From assembly GCA_965212015.1 (NCBI GenBank), contig OZ243037.1:160001-224000 (forward strand): a stretch of 64,000 nt of DNA. Reading direction: 5' to 3'. Below the pieces are notes generated by a model. The model was given only the letters and a program-made list of their open reading frames with translations. It made no database searches and was not told the DNA's origin. The number at the start of each line of letters is the position of its first letter. Within the stretch, counting starts at the first letter, position 1. The translations under genes and the position numbers were made by a program. This DNA is from Cenarchaeum sp. (lineage in GTDB: Archaea > Thermoproteota > Nitrososphaeria > Nitrososphaerales > Nitrosopumilaceae). Below are positions 37,939 through 46,675 of the stretch, piece by piece.

Positions 37939-39036
37939 ATGGTGGGTGTAGACGGCGTCCTGGAGGCACTCAGCACCGTAATTGATCCTGATTTGAAGAA
38001 GGACATTGTATCGATGGGCATGATAAAGGATTTGGAGCTAAACGGCGGGAACCTGAAATTCACGCTAGAGCTTACCACGCCTGCGTGCCCCTTTAACGTG
38101 GAGATTGAGGACGACGTAAGAAAGGTCGTGGGGGACCTGGAGGGCGTGGAGAATTTCGAGCTAAACGTGACGGCCAAGGTGATGGAGGGAAGATCGCTTG
38201 ATGCCGACACCGGCATGGCCGGCGTCAAAAACATCATCGGCGTCGCAAGCGGAAAAGGCGGCGTGGGAAAATCCACAGTGTCGCTGAACCTGGCACTGGC
38301 CCTCTCGCAGACCGGCGCCAAAGTCGGGCTGCTGGATGCCGACATTTACGGGCCGAGCATACCGCTGATGCTCGGGCTAAAGGAGGCCTTTATGCAGGTG
38401 GAGCAAAACAAGCTGCAGCCGGCAGAGTCGCACGGACTCAAGGTGGTATCCTTTGGCTTTTTCGCAGAGCAGGAGCACCAGGCGGCCATCTATCGGGGCC
38501 CGATAATATCGGGGATTTTAAAGCAGTTTTTAGTCGATACGAACTGGAGTGATCTGGACTATCTGATAGTCGATCTTCCGCCGGGGACGGGGGACATTCC
38601 GCTGACGCTTGCGCAGACGATACCGATTACGGGAATCCTGGTGGTCACCACGCCGCAGGACGTGGCAAGCAACGTGGCAGTAAAGGCCCTTGGAATGTTT
38701 GAAAAGCTAAACGTGCCGATCATAGGCGTTATAGAAAACATGAGCAGCTTTGTGTGCAACAAGTGCGGCGAGACGCACCACGTGTTCGGACAGGGCGGGG
38801 CGCAAAAGATAAGCGAGCAGTTCAAGATTCCGTTCATCGGCGCGATTCCGCTAAACTCTGGAATAATGTCCGGCTCTGATCTGGGCAAGCCGATAATGCT
38901 CAGCGCGCCGGACTCTGCTAGTGCAAAGGCCATAAGCCAGTCGGCAAAAAACATCGCGGCGCAGTGCAGCATACTTGCGGCAAACCTGCAGGCAGACGCC
39001 GCAGGCGCCGAGCTCTCAAACCCGCCGGCGAGCTGA
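37939..39036 (+). CDS. mrp: Mrp/NBP35 Fe-S cluster carrier ATPase with N-terminal DUF59
   Basis: VIDPDL...TTPACP, SGKGGVGKS, DADIYGPS, DLPPGTGD, CNKC. Confidence 0.95.
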   Translation: MVGVDGVLEALSTVIDPDLKKDIVSMGMIKDLELNGGNLKFTLELTTPACPFNVEIEDDVRKVVGDLEGVENFELNVTAKVMEGRSLDADTGMAGVKNIIGVASGKGGVGKSTVSLNLALALSQTGAKVGLLDADIYGPSIPLMLGLKEAFMQVEQNKLQPAESHGLKVVSFGFFAEQEHQAAIYRGPIISGILKQFLVDTNWSDLDYLIVDLPPGTGDIPLTLAQTIPITGILVVTTPQDVASNVAVKALGMFEKLNVPIIGVIENMSSFVCNKCGETHHVFGQGGAQKISEQFKIPFIGAIPLNSGIMSGSDLGKPIMLSAPDSASAKAISQSAKNIAAQCSILAANLQADAAGAELSNPPAS

Positions 39037-39037
39037 C

Positions 39038-39559
39038 TTGGATGACGGCAAATCCCGCAGGACGCTGAGGCTTCCAGAGGGCATGCGGCCGGAATTTCAG
39101 AGGCCGCTTGGCAGGCTGGTGCCTGACTCGCAGCTGAGCAGGCAGCTGCTGCTCGGCGAGATTTCAGACTCTGCACTCGTCACGGTGGGTGACGCCACAC
39201 TGGAGAGGGTGGCAGGATTCGGCCTGACGCCGTCGCTTCAAATCATAGACGGAAAGGAGAGGAGGACGGCAAGGCGCATGCCCGAGTCGCCGGTGCCTGT
39301 CACCGTTATACGGTGCGACAATCCCCCCGGCGGGATTAGTCCTGCGTGTACAGATGCAATCAAAGGCGCGCTTGGTTCTGACTCGCCGGTGCGCATGGAG
39401 GTACGCGGCGAGGAGGACCTGCTTGTGCTGCCCGTCTGCGCCCTTGCGCCTGCCGGCACCGTGGTGCTGTACGGGCAGCCCGGCGAGGGCATGGTAATAG
39501 TGCACGTAAATGACGAGGTCAAAAACAAGACTAAATTATTGCTAGAATCGATGATCTAG
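39038..39559 (+). CDS. GTP-dependent dephospho-CoA kinase (DUF359)
   Basis: VGD, IIDGK.RR, NPPG.I, GEEDLL.LP, YGQP.EG. Confidence 0.88.
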   Translation: MDDGKSRRTLRLPEGMRPEFQRPLGRLVPDSQLSRQLLLGEISDSALVTVGDATLERVAGFGLTPSLQIIDGKERRTARRMPESPVPVTVIRCDNPPGGISPACTDAIKGALGSDSPVRMEVRGEEDLLVLPVCALAPAGTVVLYGQPGEGMVIVHVNDEVKNKTKLLLESMI

Positions 39560-39639
39560 CCGGGTATGATGAGACGGTGGCTGTATGACGATGATTGCAC
39601 TGCTAAATTCTGACCCGTACCAGAAATACACCAAATCTG

Positions 39640-40053
39640 ATGCAACTGTTGACACTTGGAAATAAAGCGGCATTCGGAATACATGCCTTTGTGAGGCTTG
39701 ATCCGGACCTAAGGCTGCAAATACTCGAAAAGATCGGGATATACTCCAGGCGGTTCTCAATTGAGGAGCCGAAGGTTCTTCTGACCACCCGGGAGGTCCT
39801 CGGGGTGCCGCGCGAGCTGACCGAGGGAAGGCGCACCTCTGCGTACAAGTATTACGGCGTGGCATACATGCAGCATTCCATGATATTCATCAATGTCCGG
39901 AAAATCCCGGACGAAAAGAACCTGGATGACACCATAGTCCACGAGCTGATTCACATGCGCTTTCCGTATCTCAGCCACGGCCGCAGGTTCAACCGGCTGG
40001 TCCGGCAGGCGGCAAGGGGCAGGACGTTCGGGCCGTACAAGAAAAGAAAATGA
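39640..40053 (+). CDS. Hypothetical zincin-like (SprT/M48-type) protein
   Basis: IVHELIH...HG..F. Confidence 0.8.
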   Translation: MQLLTLGNKAAFGIHAFVRLDPDLRLQILEKIGIYSRRFSIEEPKVLLTTREVLGVPRELTEGRRTSAYKYYGVAYMQHSMIFINVRKIPDEKNLDDTIVHELIHMRFPYLSHGRRFNRLVRQAARGRTFGPYKKRK

Positions 40054-40105
40054 TCGTGCGCATTCCTTGATTTATATTTCCCGCATATTGGCAGGCAGGT
40101 ATAAC

Positions 40106-42145
40106 ATGGACGTCGCGCATCTTTTGCCCATAGGGGCAGCCATTGCCTCATTTCTTGTGGCCGCGGCCCTCGTGGCGTGGATTTTACGGCAGCCTGCGGG
40201 GACAAGGGAGATGATGGACATATCCGATGCGGTCCGGGTCGGGGCGGCGGCGTTTCTGAAAAGGGAAATGATGATAATAATCCCCGTCGCAGTCGGGCTC
40301 GCGCTGGTAATTGGCGCGTTTTTGAACTATTCAAACGGCATTGCGTTTGCCGTGGGGGCCACGCTGTCCGCAGTGGCGGGCCTCGTCTCACTCAAGATAA
40401 CGGTAAAGGCCGCAGTAAGGGCCGCACACCTGAGCGGCAGCGGGCTGGGAAAGACCTTTGCAATGGCGTTCCGGGGAGGGGCGACAGTCGGACTGGCAGT
40501 TCCTGCTATGGCACTGCTGGCAATAACGGTACTGTACCTGTTCTTTCCTGACCCGATAACCATTGCCGGCGTGGGAATCGGCGCAAGCCTGATTGCGCTG
40601 TTTATCCGAATTGGCGGCGGCATATTTACAAAGGCAGCAGACATGGGCGCAGATCTGGTGGGCAAAGTCGAGGCAAACATACCTGAGGATGATCCACGAA
40701 ACCCCGCCACAATAGCGGACAATGTGGGTGACAACGTGGGCGATGCTGCCGGAATGGGCTCTGACGTATACGAGTCGTATATAGTGACCATTCTTGCGGC
40801 GCTGCTTATCGCCGCGCTGATAAACTCGTCTGAGCTGTTCCTGTATCCGATACTAGTCGGCGCCGCAGGCATGATTGCGTCGATTGTAGGCGTGGTAATC
40901 GTCGGCTCAAAGAACGTAAAGGACGTCATGAAGCCGCTTAACAGATCGTTTTATGTCTCTGCGGGAATCGCCATTGCGCTCAACTTTGTCTTTACCATGG
41001 TGTTTCTGGGCCAGACCGATGCGGCATACGGCCTCTTTGGGGCCACGGTAATAGGCGTGATTCTGGTACCCGTAATACAAAAGATTACCGACCGGTATAC
41101 AAACTACAAGTACGGGCCGGTAAAGGAGATTGCAGAGTCCGCAAAGTGGGGCTATGCCTCGCTGACGCTGATGGGAATAATCAAGGGCCTGCAGTCCACG
41201 GGGCCGTTTATGATTGCGCTGGTAGTCGCAATCATTGTGTCGTACAGCATTGCCTCTGCGTCGGCCCCGGAAGGCGCCGATCCCGTGCTGTACGGAATAT
41301 TTGGAACGGCCCTTACTGCCATGGCGATGCTCAGCCTTGCGGGAATCGTGCTCAGCATAGACGCCTTTGGCCCCATTGCAGATAACGCCGGCGGCATAGT
41401 AGAGATGACCGGAATGGGCGAGGAGAACCGCAAGGTGACCGACGAGATAGACGCGGTGGGAAACACCACAAAGGCAGTCACAAAGGGATTCGCCATAGCC
41501 AGCGCCGCCCTTGCCGCCCTTGCCATGATACAGGCGTTTCAGTTCGAGGCGGCGCACATATTTGAGGGCGTCCTCGAGCTGGATTACAGCCTGACTAATC
41601 CGGCTGTGATCGTGGGGCTGCTAGTGGGCGCGCTGCTTCCGTTTATGATCACAGGACAGCTGATAAACGGCGTGTCGCGGGCGGCAGGCAAGATGGTCGA
41701 CGAGGTAAGAAGGCAGTTTGGCGCAGATCCGGGAATTCTTACGGGCGAGTCAAAGCCCGACTATGCAAAATGCGTCGACATTGCAACTGTCGCATCAATC
41801 AAGGAGCTCTGGAAGTCCGCAGTAACTGCCATAGTCTCGCCGATAATACTCGGCGTACTGCTGGGCCCGACTGCAGTCGCAGGACTGCTGATGGGCGCAG
41901 TGGTGACCGGAATATTCCTAGCGTATCATCTTGCCAACACCGGCGGCGCGTGGGACAATGCAAAAAAGCTAGTCGAGATGAGCGGCAAAAAAGGATCCGA
42001 GGAGCACAAGGTCACCATAGTGGGCGACATTATCGGCGATCCCTACAAGGACACGGCGGGGCCTGCGCTAAACACCGTAATCAAGCTCCTAAACACCATT
42101 GCCATCGTGTTTGTCTCGGCCTTTGTCGCCATTATCGCACTCTAG
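40106..42145 (+). CDS. hppA: Membrane H+-translocating pyrophosphatase (K+-independent type)
   Basis: DMGADLVGKVE, DNVGDNVGD, GNTTKA (Lys marks K+-independent), GDPYKDT; start ATG 40106. Confidence 0.96.
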   Translation: MDVAHLLPIGAAIASFLVAAALVAWILRQPAGTREMMDISDAVRVGAAAFLKREMMIIIPVAVGLALVIGAFLNYSNGIAFAVGATLSAVAGLVSLKITVKAAVRAAHLSGSGLGKTFAMAFRGGATVGLAVPAMALLAITVLYLFFPDPITIAGVGIGASLIALFIRIGGGIFTKAADMGADLVGKVEANIPEDDPRNPATIADNVGDNVGDAAGMGSDVYESYIVTILAALLIAALINSSELFLYPILVGAAGMIASIVGVVIVGSKNVKDVMKPLNRSFYVSAGIAIALNFVFTMVFLGQTDAAYGLFGATVIGVILVPVIQKITDRYTNYKYGPVKEIAESAKWGYASLTLMGIIKGLQSTGPFMIALVVAIIVSYSIASASAPEGADPVLYGIFGTALTAMAMLSLAGIVLSIDAFGPIADNAGGIVEMTGMGEENRKVTDEIDAVGNTTKAVTKGFAIASAALAALAMIQAFQFEAAHIFEGVLELDYSLTNPAVIVGLLVGALLPFMITGQLINGVSRAAGKMVDEVRRQFGADPGILTGESKPDYAKCVDIATVASIKELWKSAVTAIVSPIILGVLLGPTAVAGLLMGAVVTGIFLAYHLANTGGAWDNAKKLVEMSGKKGSEEHKVTIVGDIIGDPYKDTAGPALNTVIKLLNTIAIVFVSAFVAIIAL

Positions 42146-42322
42146 ATTTTCGTACTCTGTCAGGGTCATGTCAAGCTCGTCTATCTGCAGCAGGATGGCC
42201 CTTTTGAGCGTCGGGCCGTGCTTTGGGCAGAACTTGAAAAAATCATCCTCCGTCTGAAAGCAGCCGCACATCCACGTGGTCTTTTTGTCGCCCTCTATCG
42301 TATGCCTGGTGTACGGATACAT
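42089..42322 (-). CDS. Small putative Zn-binding protein
   Basis: MYPY...CGC...CPKH; 3' end overlaps hppA by ~57 nt. Confidence 0.5.
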   Translation of the reverse strand: MYPYTRHTIEGDKKTTWMCGCFQTEDDFFKFCPKHGPTLKRAILLQIDELDMTLTEYENLECDNGDKGRDKHDGNGV

Positions 42323-42425
42323 GCGTGTGGATGTATGTGCGCCGCTAAAAAAGGGTAATGCCGGCAGGGCCTGTCTGCGACTGATTTCAATTAAATAGGC
42401 CGGCCTGTACAGTAAAGCCGGAAAT

Positions 42426-43577
42426 TTGGATATAAAAAACATCACGGTTCTGGGCTCTGGGGTGATGGGCCACGGCATAGCGCAGGTCTCTGCCAGCGCC
42501 GGATACTGCGTGGTGCTGCGCGATATAGAGCAAAAGTTCCTGGATGCGGCGATGAAAAAGATAGCGTGGAGCCTTGAAAAGATGGCATCAAAGGGGAGGA
42601 TTTCAGGCAAGGAGCGGGACGACATTCTCAGACGGATTGTCCCGGTGGTGGACCTGCGCGAGGCAGTAAGGGACGCAGACCTGGTAATCGAGGTGGTGCC
42701 CGAGATTATGGAGCTGAAAAAAAAGGTCTATGCCGAGCTTGACGAGGCCGCCGGACCGCAAGTAATGTTTGCGTCAAACACCAGCACGCTGCCGATAACA
42801 GAGATAGCCGCTGCTACGTCCCGGCCGGACAGGTTTATCGGAATCCACTTTTTTAACCCGCCGCAGCTAATGAAGCTAGTCGAGATAATTCCCGGCCGGC
42901 AGACGTCGCAAGAGACGACTGCGGCCACCGAAAAGTACGTGGAATCCGTCGGCAAGCAGGCAGTCCTGTGCAAAAAGGACGTGCCGGGATTCATCATCAA
43001 CCGCCTGTTCATCCCGATGGTGCACGAGGCGTGCCACGTGCGGGAAAGGACCGGCGCCACGCTGGAGGAGATAGACTCTGCGGTAAGGTTCAAGCTGGGA
43101 TTTCCGATGGGGATATTTGAGCTGGCAGACTTTACGGGAATCGACGTCATCCACAAGGCAACGACAGAGATGCACCTGCGGGACAAAAAGGTGATCAATC
43201 CGCACCCCGCAGTACAAAGGACGTTTGATGAAAAAAAACTGGGACAAAAGTCGGGGGAGGGATTCTACAAGTATTCAGGCGACAGGTACGAGCGGATTGG
43301 GCTCACAGAGGAGCTTGCGGCTCGCTGTGATCCGATTCAGATTGCAGCCAATGTGCTAAACAACGCCGCATGGCTTGTTACAAACGGGGCAAGCGACATT
43401 GCAGAGATTGAAAGGGCCGCGCGGCTCGGCCTGGGGCTCAAAAGGCCGATCTTTGAGACTGCCAGGGAGATGGGAATGCCGAGAATAGTGCAAGAGCTGC
43501 GCATGCTGGCGCAAAGGCACGGGGATTTTTACGAGCCTGATCCCGCGCTAGTCGGCATGGCAGCTCAGACGCCGTGA
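42426..43577 (+). CDS. 3-hydroxyacyl-CoA dehydrogenase (candidate 3-hydroxybutyryl-CoA dehydrogenase of the 3HP/4HB cycle)
   Basis: GSGVMG, SNTS, HFFNP, PGFI.NR, PMG.F.L.D; pathway role inferred from taxonomy. Confidence 0.9.
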   Translation: MDIKNITVLGSGVMGHGIAQVSASAGYCVVLRDIEQKFLDAAMKKIAWSLEKMASKGRISGKERDDILRRIVPVVDLREAVRDADLVIEVVPEIMELKKKVYAELDEAAGPQVMFASNTSTLPITEIAAATSRPDRFIGIHFFNPPQLMKLVEIIPGRQTSQETTAATEKYVESVGKQAVLCKKDVPGFIINRLFIPMVHEACHVRERTGATLEEIDSAVRFKLGFPMGIFELADFTGIDVIHKATTEMHLRDKKVINPHPAVQRTFDEKKLGQKSGEGFYKYSGDRYERIGLTEELAARCDPIQIAANVLNNAAWLVTNGASDIAEIERAARLGLGLKRPIFETAREMGMPRIVQELRMLAQRHGDFYEPDPALVGMAAQTP

Positions 43578-44701
43578 TTCTGGGGCGGCGCACCCGCACT
43601 TTTGGCCGACGGGATCTTCAATGACACCAAAAACGCGCACAGTATGATTCCTATTGCAAAATACATCACTGCCACGTACCCGTGCGCAAAGGCGATGACG
43701 CCGGCAGTCATCGGCCCGATTACGGTGGCAATCGACAGCGTGGAGCTAAATATGCCAGTCGACGTCGACCTGGGATTGTTCTCCATCAGGTGGAAATTCC
43801 CCCCGATGTACAAAAACGCCCACGTGCCACCCACCAGCGCCATAAACGGCATCGTCTGCCACCATTCCGTGACAAAGGACAGCCCCACAAAGACAAAAAC
43901 CGTCATTCCTATCCCTATCTTGAACTTTGTCACATTGGAGATGCCGATCCGGCTTGCCATGAGCGTCATTATCACAAACGCAGTCACCGTGTTTGCCACG
44001 TACACCACTGACACCTGGTACAGCTCTGCTCCCAGCTGCTCGATTAGCAGCAGCGGAAGTATGGTCCATACGGCGCCTGCCCCCACGTGCCGCAGCAAAA
44101 GCGACAGGAACAGGAACCTGTTTTGCGCAATTATTCCCATCACCCTGTGCTTGATCTCCTTTTTGATCGCAATCCGGGGGAGCTTTAGCGACACTACAAG
44201 CCCGGCTGCAAACATTCCAGAGCTGGTAAGAAAGATAAGATCAGTGTCGTTTGCAATCCCGGATGCGGCAATTCCTGCCAGCCATCCGAGTGCGTGAAAC
44301 GACACCACCGATGCGACCTTCTTTTTTTCCCGGCCCGCCTCGTATGCGTACGCAAGCATGGGCGGAATCATTATCCCAGATGCAATCCCCGCGCCGACTC
44401 TTGCCAGCAGCAGCAGGATGATGTCGTCTGCAAAATAGTGCAGCCCGAACGCTATCGCGCACAGGACGAATCCCGCGCGGATAAAGACCAGCCTGTCGCC
44501 CCTCCCGTCCGAAATCCTTCCAAAATAAATCTCTGAGAGAATCTGCGCAAAGCTAAACGAGGCGACTATCACGCCGATCTCTAGTATGGACTGCGTCGTC
44601 TCCTTTGCGATGATTGGCATAAAGACAAAGACGATGGCGATTCCGGCGTGCTGGAAAAAAGTCGCCCCTCTGATATAGTTGTTAATGCCCGCCTGACGCA
44701 T
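43565..44701 (-). CDS. MFS transporter
   Basis: About 12 hydrophobic segments; GRISDGRG motif A. Confidence 0.9.
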   Translation of the reverse strand: MRQAGINNYIRGATFFQHAGIAIVFVFMPIIAKETTQSILEIGVIVASFSFAQILSEIYFGRISDGRGDRLVFIRAGFVLCAIAFGLHYFADDIILLLLARVGAGIASGIMIPPMLAYAYEAGREKKKVASVVSFHALGWLAGIAASGIANDTDLIFLTSSGMFAAGLVVSLKLPRIAIKKEIKHRVMGIIAQNRFLFLSLLLRHVGAGAVWTILPLLLIEQLGAELYQVSVVYVANTVTAFVIMTLMASRIGISNVTKFKIGIGMTVFVFVGLSFVTEWWQTMPFMALVGGTWAFLYIGGNFHLMENNPRSTSTGIFSSTLSIATVIGPMTAGVIAFAHGYVAVMYFAIGIILCAFLVSLKIPSAKSAGAPPQNHGV

Positions 44702-44803
44702 GTAATCCCGGACACCTAGTTTGCCGCCGCCTAATTTGAAGCAATAGACGCAAGCGGCCGCAGTACACCGGATGCAAAACAAGAGCTTTATCTAGCCATT
44801 GCA

Positions 44804-45658
44804 GTGAAAACAGTTGAAACCCGCATGAAGACACTCAACCCGCTGGAGCTGCTCATGTGGACGTTTCGGCGCAACGAAAGGGACGTAATCAACCTTTACA
44901 ACTATCTCTCCGACGTGATGCGGCTTGCAACCGGCGGGGACATGCTCAACTTTGGATACTGGGACGGTGCGGACACGCCGGTGCTGGCGCAAGACGACCT
45001 GTGCGACGTGTTTGCCAGAAAAGCCATGCTGGAATCCGGGCAGATGATCGCAGACATTGGAAGCGGGTACGGCGCCCCTGCGGCACGCTGGTGCGGCACC
45101 CACTCTACGGTGGACGTCATATGCGTGAACATCAACCGGATGCAGCTGTGCGAGTCCAAGGGCCGCGCAAACACCCGTCCCGTAAACGCCACTGCGACGT
45201 CGCTTCCGTTCGGGCGGCGCACCTTTGACCGGGTGCTGGCATTCGAGTCCGCACAGCACTTTAGGCCGCTAGGCCGGTTTATCTCCGAATCGCACAGGAT
45301 CCTAAAGGACGACGGACTCTTTGCGCTTGCGATACCGGTGATGGCCCAGGAGCTGCTGATTCCGCACGCAAAGCTGGGGCTGCTGTCGGTGACATGGTCA
45401 TCTGAGCACTATTCCAAAGGCCACATCATCTCTGCACTCGAGGAAAAATTCGGCAATGTGCGCTGCGAATCGGTAGGCAGGAGGGTGTACGGGCCGCTTG
45501 CGGACTATTACAACGGGCACAGAGCAGAGATCAGGCGCAGGCTGTCGGGGCAGTATCCCCGGTACGTCGAAAAGATACTCTCAATGTCGGTAAACAAGAT
45601 GAAGGCGATATCGCAGGACGGGACGATAGACTATCTGCTGATTGTGTGCCGCAAATGA
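44804..45658 (+). CDS. Class I SAM-dependent methyltransferase (sterol/tocopherol MTase-like)
   Basis: LNFGYW, DIGSGYG, LPF...FD, ESAQHF. Confidence 0.88.
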   Translation: MKTVETRMKTLNPLELLMWTFRRNERDVINLYNYLSDVMRLATGGDMLNFGYWDGADTPVLAQDDLCDVFARKAMLESGQMIADIGSGYGAPAARWCGTHSTVDVICVNINRMQLCESKGRANTRPVNATATSLPFGRRTFDRVLAFESAQHFRPLGRFISESHRILKDDGLFALAIPVMAQELLIPHAKLGLLSVTWSSEHYSKGHIISALEEKFGNVRCESVGRRVYGPLADYYNGHRAEIRRRLSGQYPRYVEKILSMSVNKMKAISQDGTIDYLLIVCRK

Positions 45659-45695
45659 TAGCAAAGAAATTAAGCGGCCTGCGGCAAGGCCCCGC

Positions 45696-46640
45696 ATGGA
45701 AAAAGAACCGTTTGCAGACGCATTACGGCGAAGGATTCTGCTCTTTGATGGCGCAATGGGAACCGAGATTCAAAGGCTTGATCCAAAGCCCGGCGACTTT
45801 CCAAATGATCGCGAGGGGTTCAACGACGGCCTGACGCTGACGCATCCCGAATGGATAGAAAAGATTCACCGCAGCTATCTGCAGGCCGGCTCTGACTGCA
45901 TAGAGACAAACACGTTTGGCTCAAACAAGATAAAGCTCGACGAGTACGGCTTTGGGGATCAGACAGTGTCGATGAACACAAGGGCCGCGCAGCTGGCGGC
46001 AGGCGTCGCCTCCGAATTTTCCAGTCCGCACAGGTACGTTGTAGGCTGCATGGGTCCGACCGGGTTTCTTCCCGGTTCTGGAGATCCCGATTTGGGGCAG
46101 ATGCCGATAGACCAGATAAGGGACGCCTTTGCGCTGCAGGCGGAGGGACTCGTACTTGGCGGCGCAGACGCGCTGCTCATTGAGACCAGCCAGGACATAC
46201 TGGAGGTAAAGATGGCAATCGAGGGCTCGCAGCAGGCAATCACAAAGACCGGAAAAAAAACCCCGATCATCGCCAATGTGACACTCGATCCGTACGGCCG
46301 GATGCTCCTTGGTACGGACATCCAGGCTGCATACACCACCCTCTCTGGCATGGGAATAGACGTGTTTGGCCTGAACTGTTCTACCGGGCCGCAGGAGATG
46401 ACGCCGAGCATAAGGTGGCTTGACGAGCAGGACGAGTGCGACCTGCTCGTGGTGCCCAACGCCGGAATGCCGGAAAACCAGGGGGGCCGCGCAGTATACA
46501 AGATGGGCCCGCAGGAGATGGCATCCTCCATGGATGACTTTATGGAACGGTACGGGCGGGTGAGAATAATCGGCGGATGCTGCGGAACCAACCCTGAGCA
46601 CATTGCTGCCATGCGCAGGGTAATTGACGCCAGGGCCTAG
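45696..46640 (+). CDS. metH: Cobalamin-dependent methionine synthase, homocysteine-binding part
   Basis: DGAMGT, ETNTFG, GLNC, PNAG, GGCCGT. Confidence 0.93.
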   Translation: MEKEPFADALRRRILLFDGAMGTEIQRLDPKPGDFPNDREGFNDGLTLTHPEWIEKIHRSYLQAGSDCIETNTFGSNKIKLDEYGFGDQTVSMNTRAAQLAAGVASEFSSPHRYVVGCMGPTGFLPGSGDPDLGQMPIDQIRDAFALQAEGLVLGGADALLIETSQDILEVKMAIEGSQQAITKTGKKTPIIANVTLDPYGRMLLGTDIQAAYTTLSGMGIDVFGLNCSTGPQEMTPSIRWLDEQDECDLLVVPNAGMPENQGGRAVYKMGPQEMASSMDDFMERYGRVRIIGGCCGTNPEHIAAMRRVIDARA

Positions 46641-46675
46641 TCCCGGCTAGGGTTTATTTAGAAAAACCGTGCACA

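Noticed and set aside
46641-46675. metH split as a frameshift or pseudogene
   Set aside because: Clean stop at a domain boundary, an AT-rich TATA-like spacer and its own ATG; a two-gene metH is normal in this lineage
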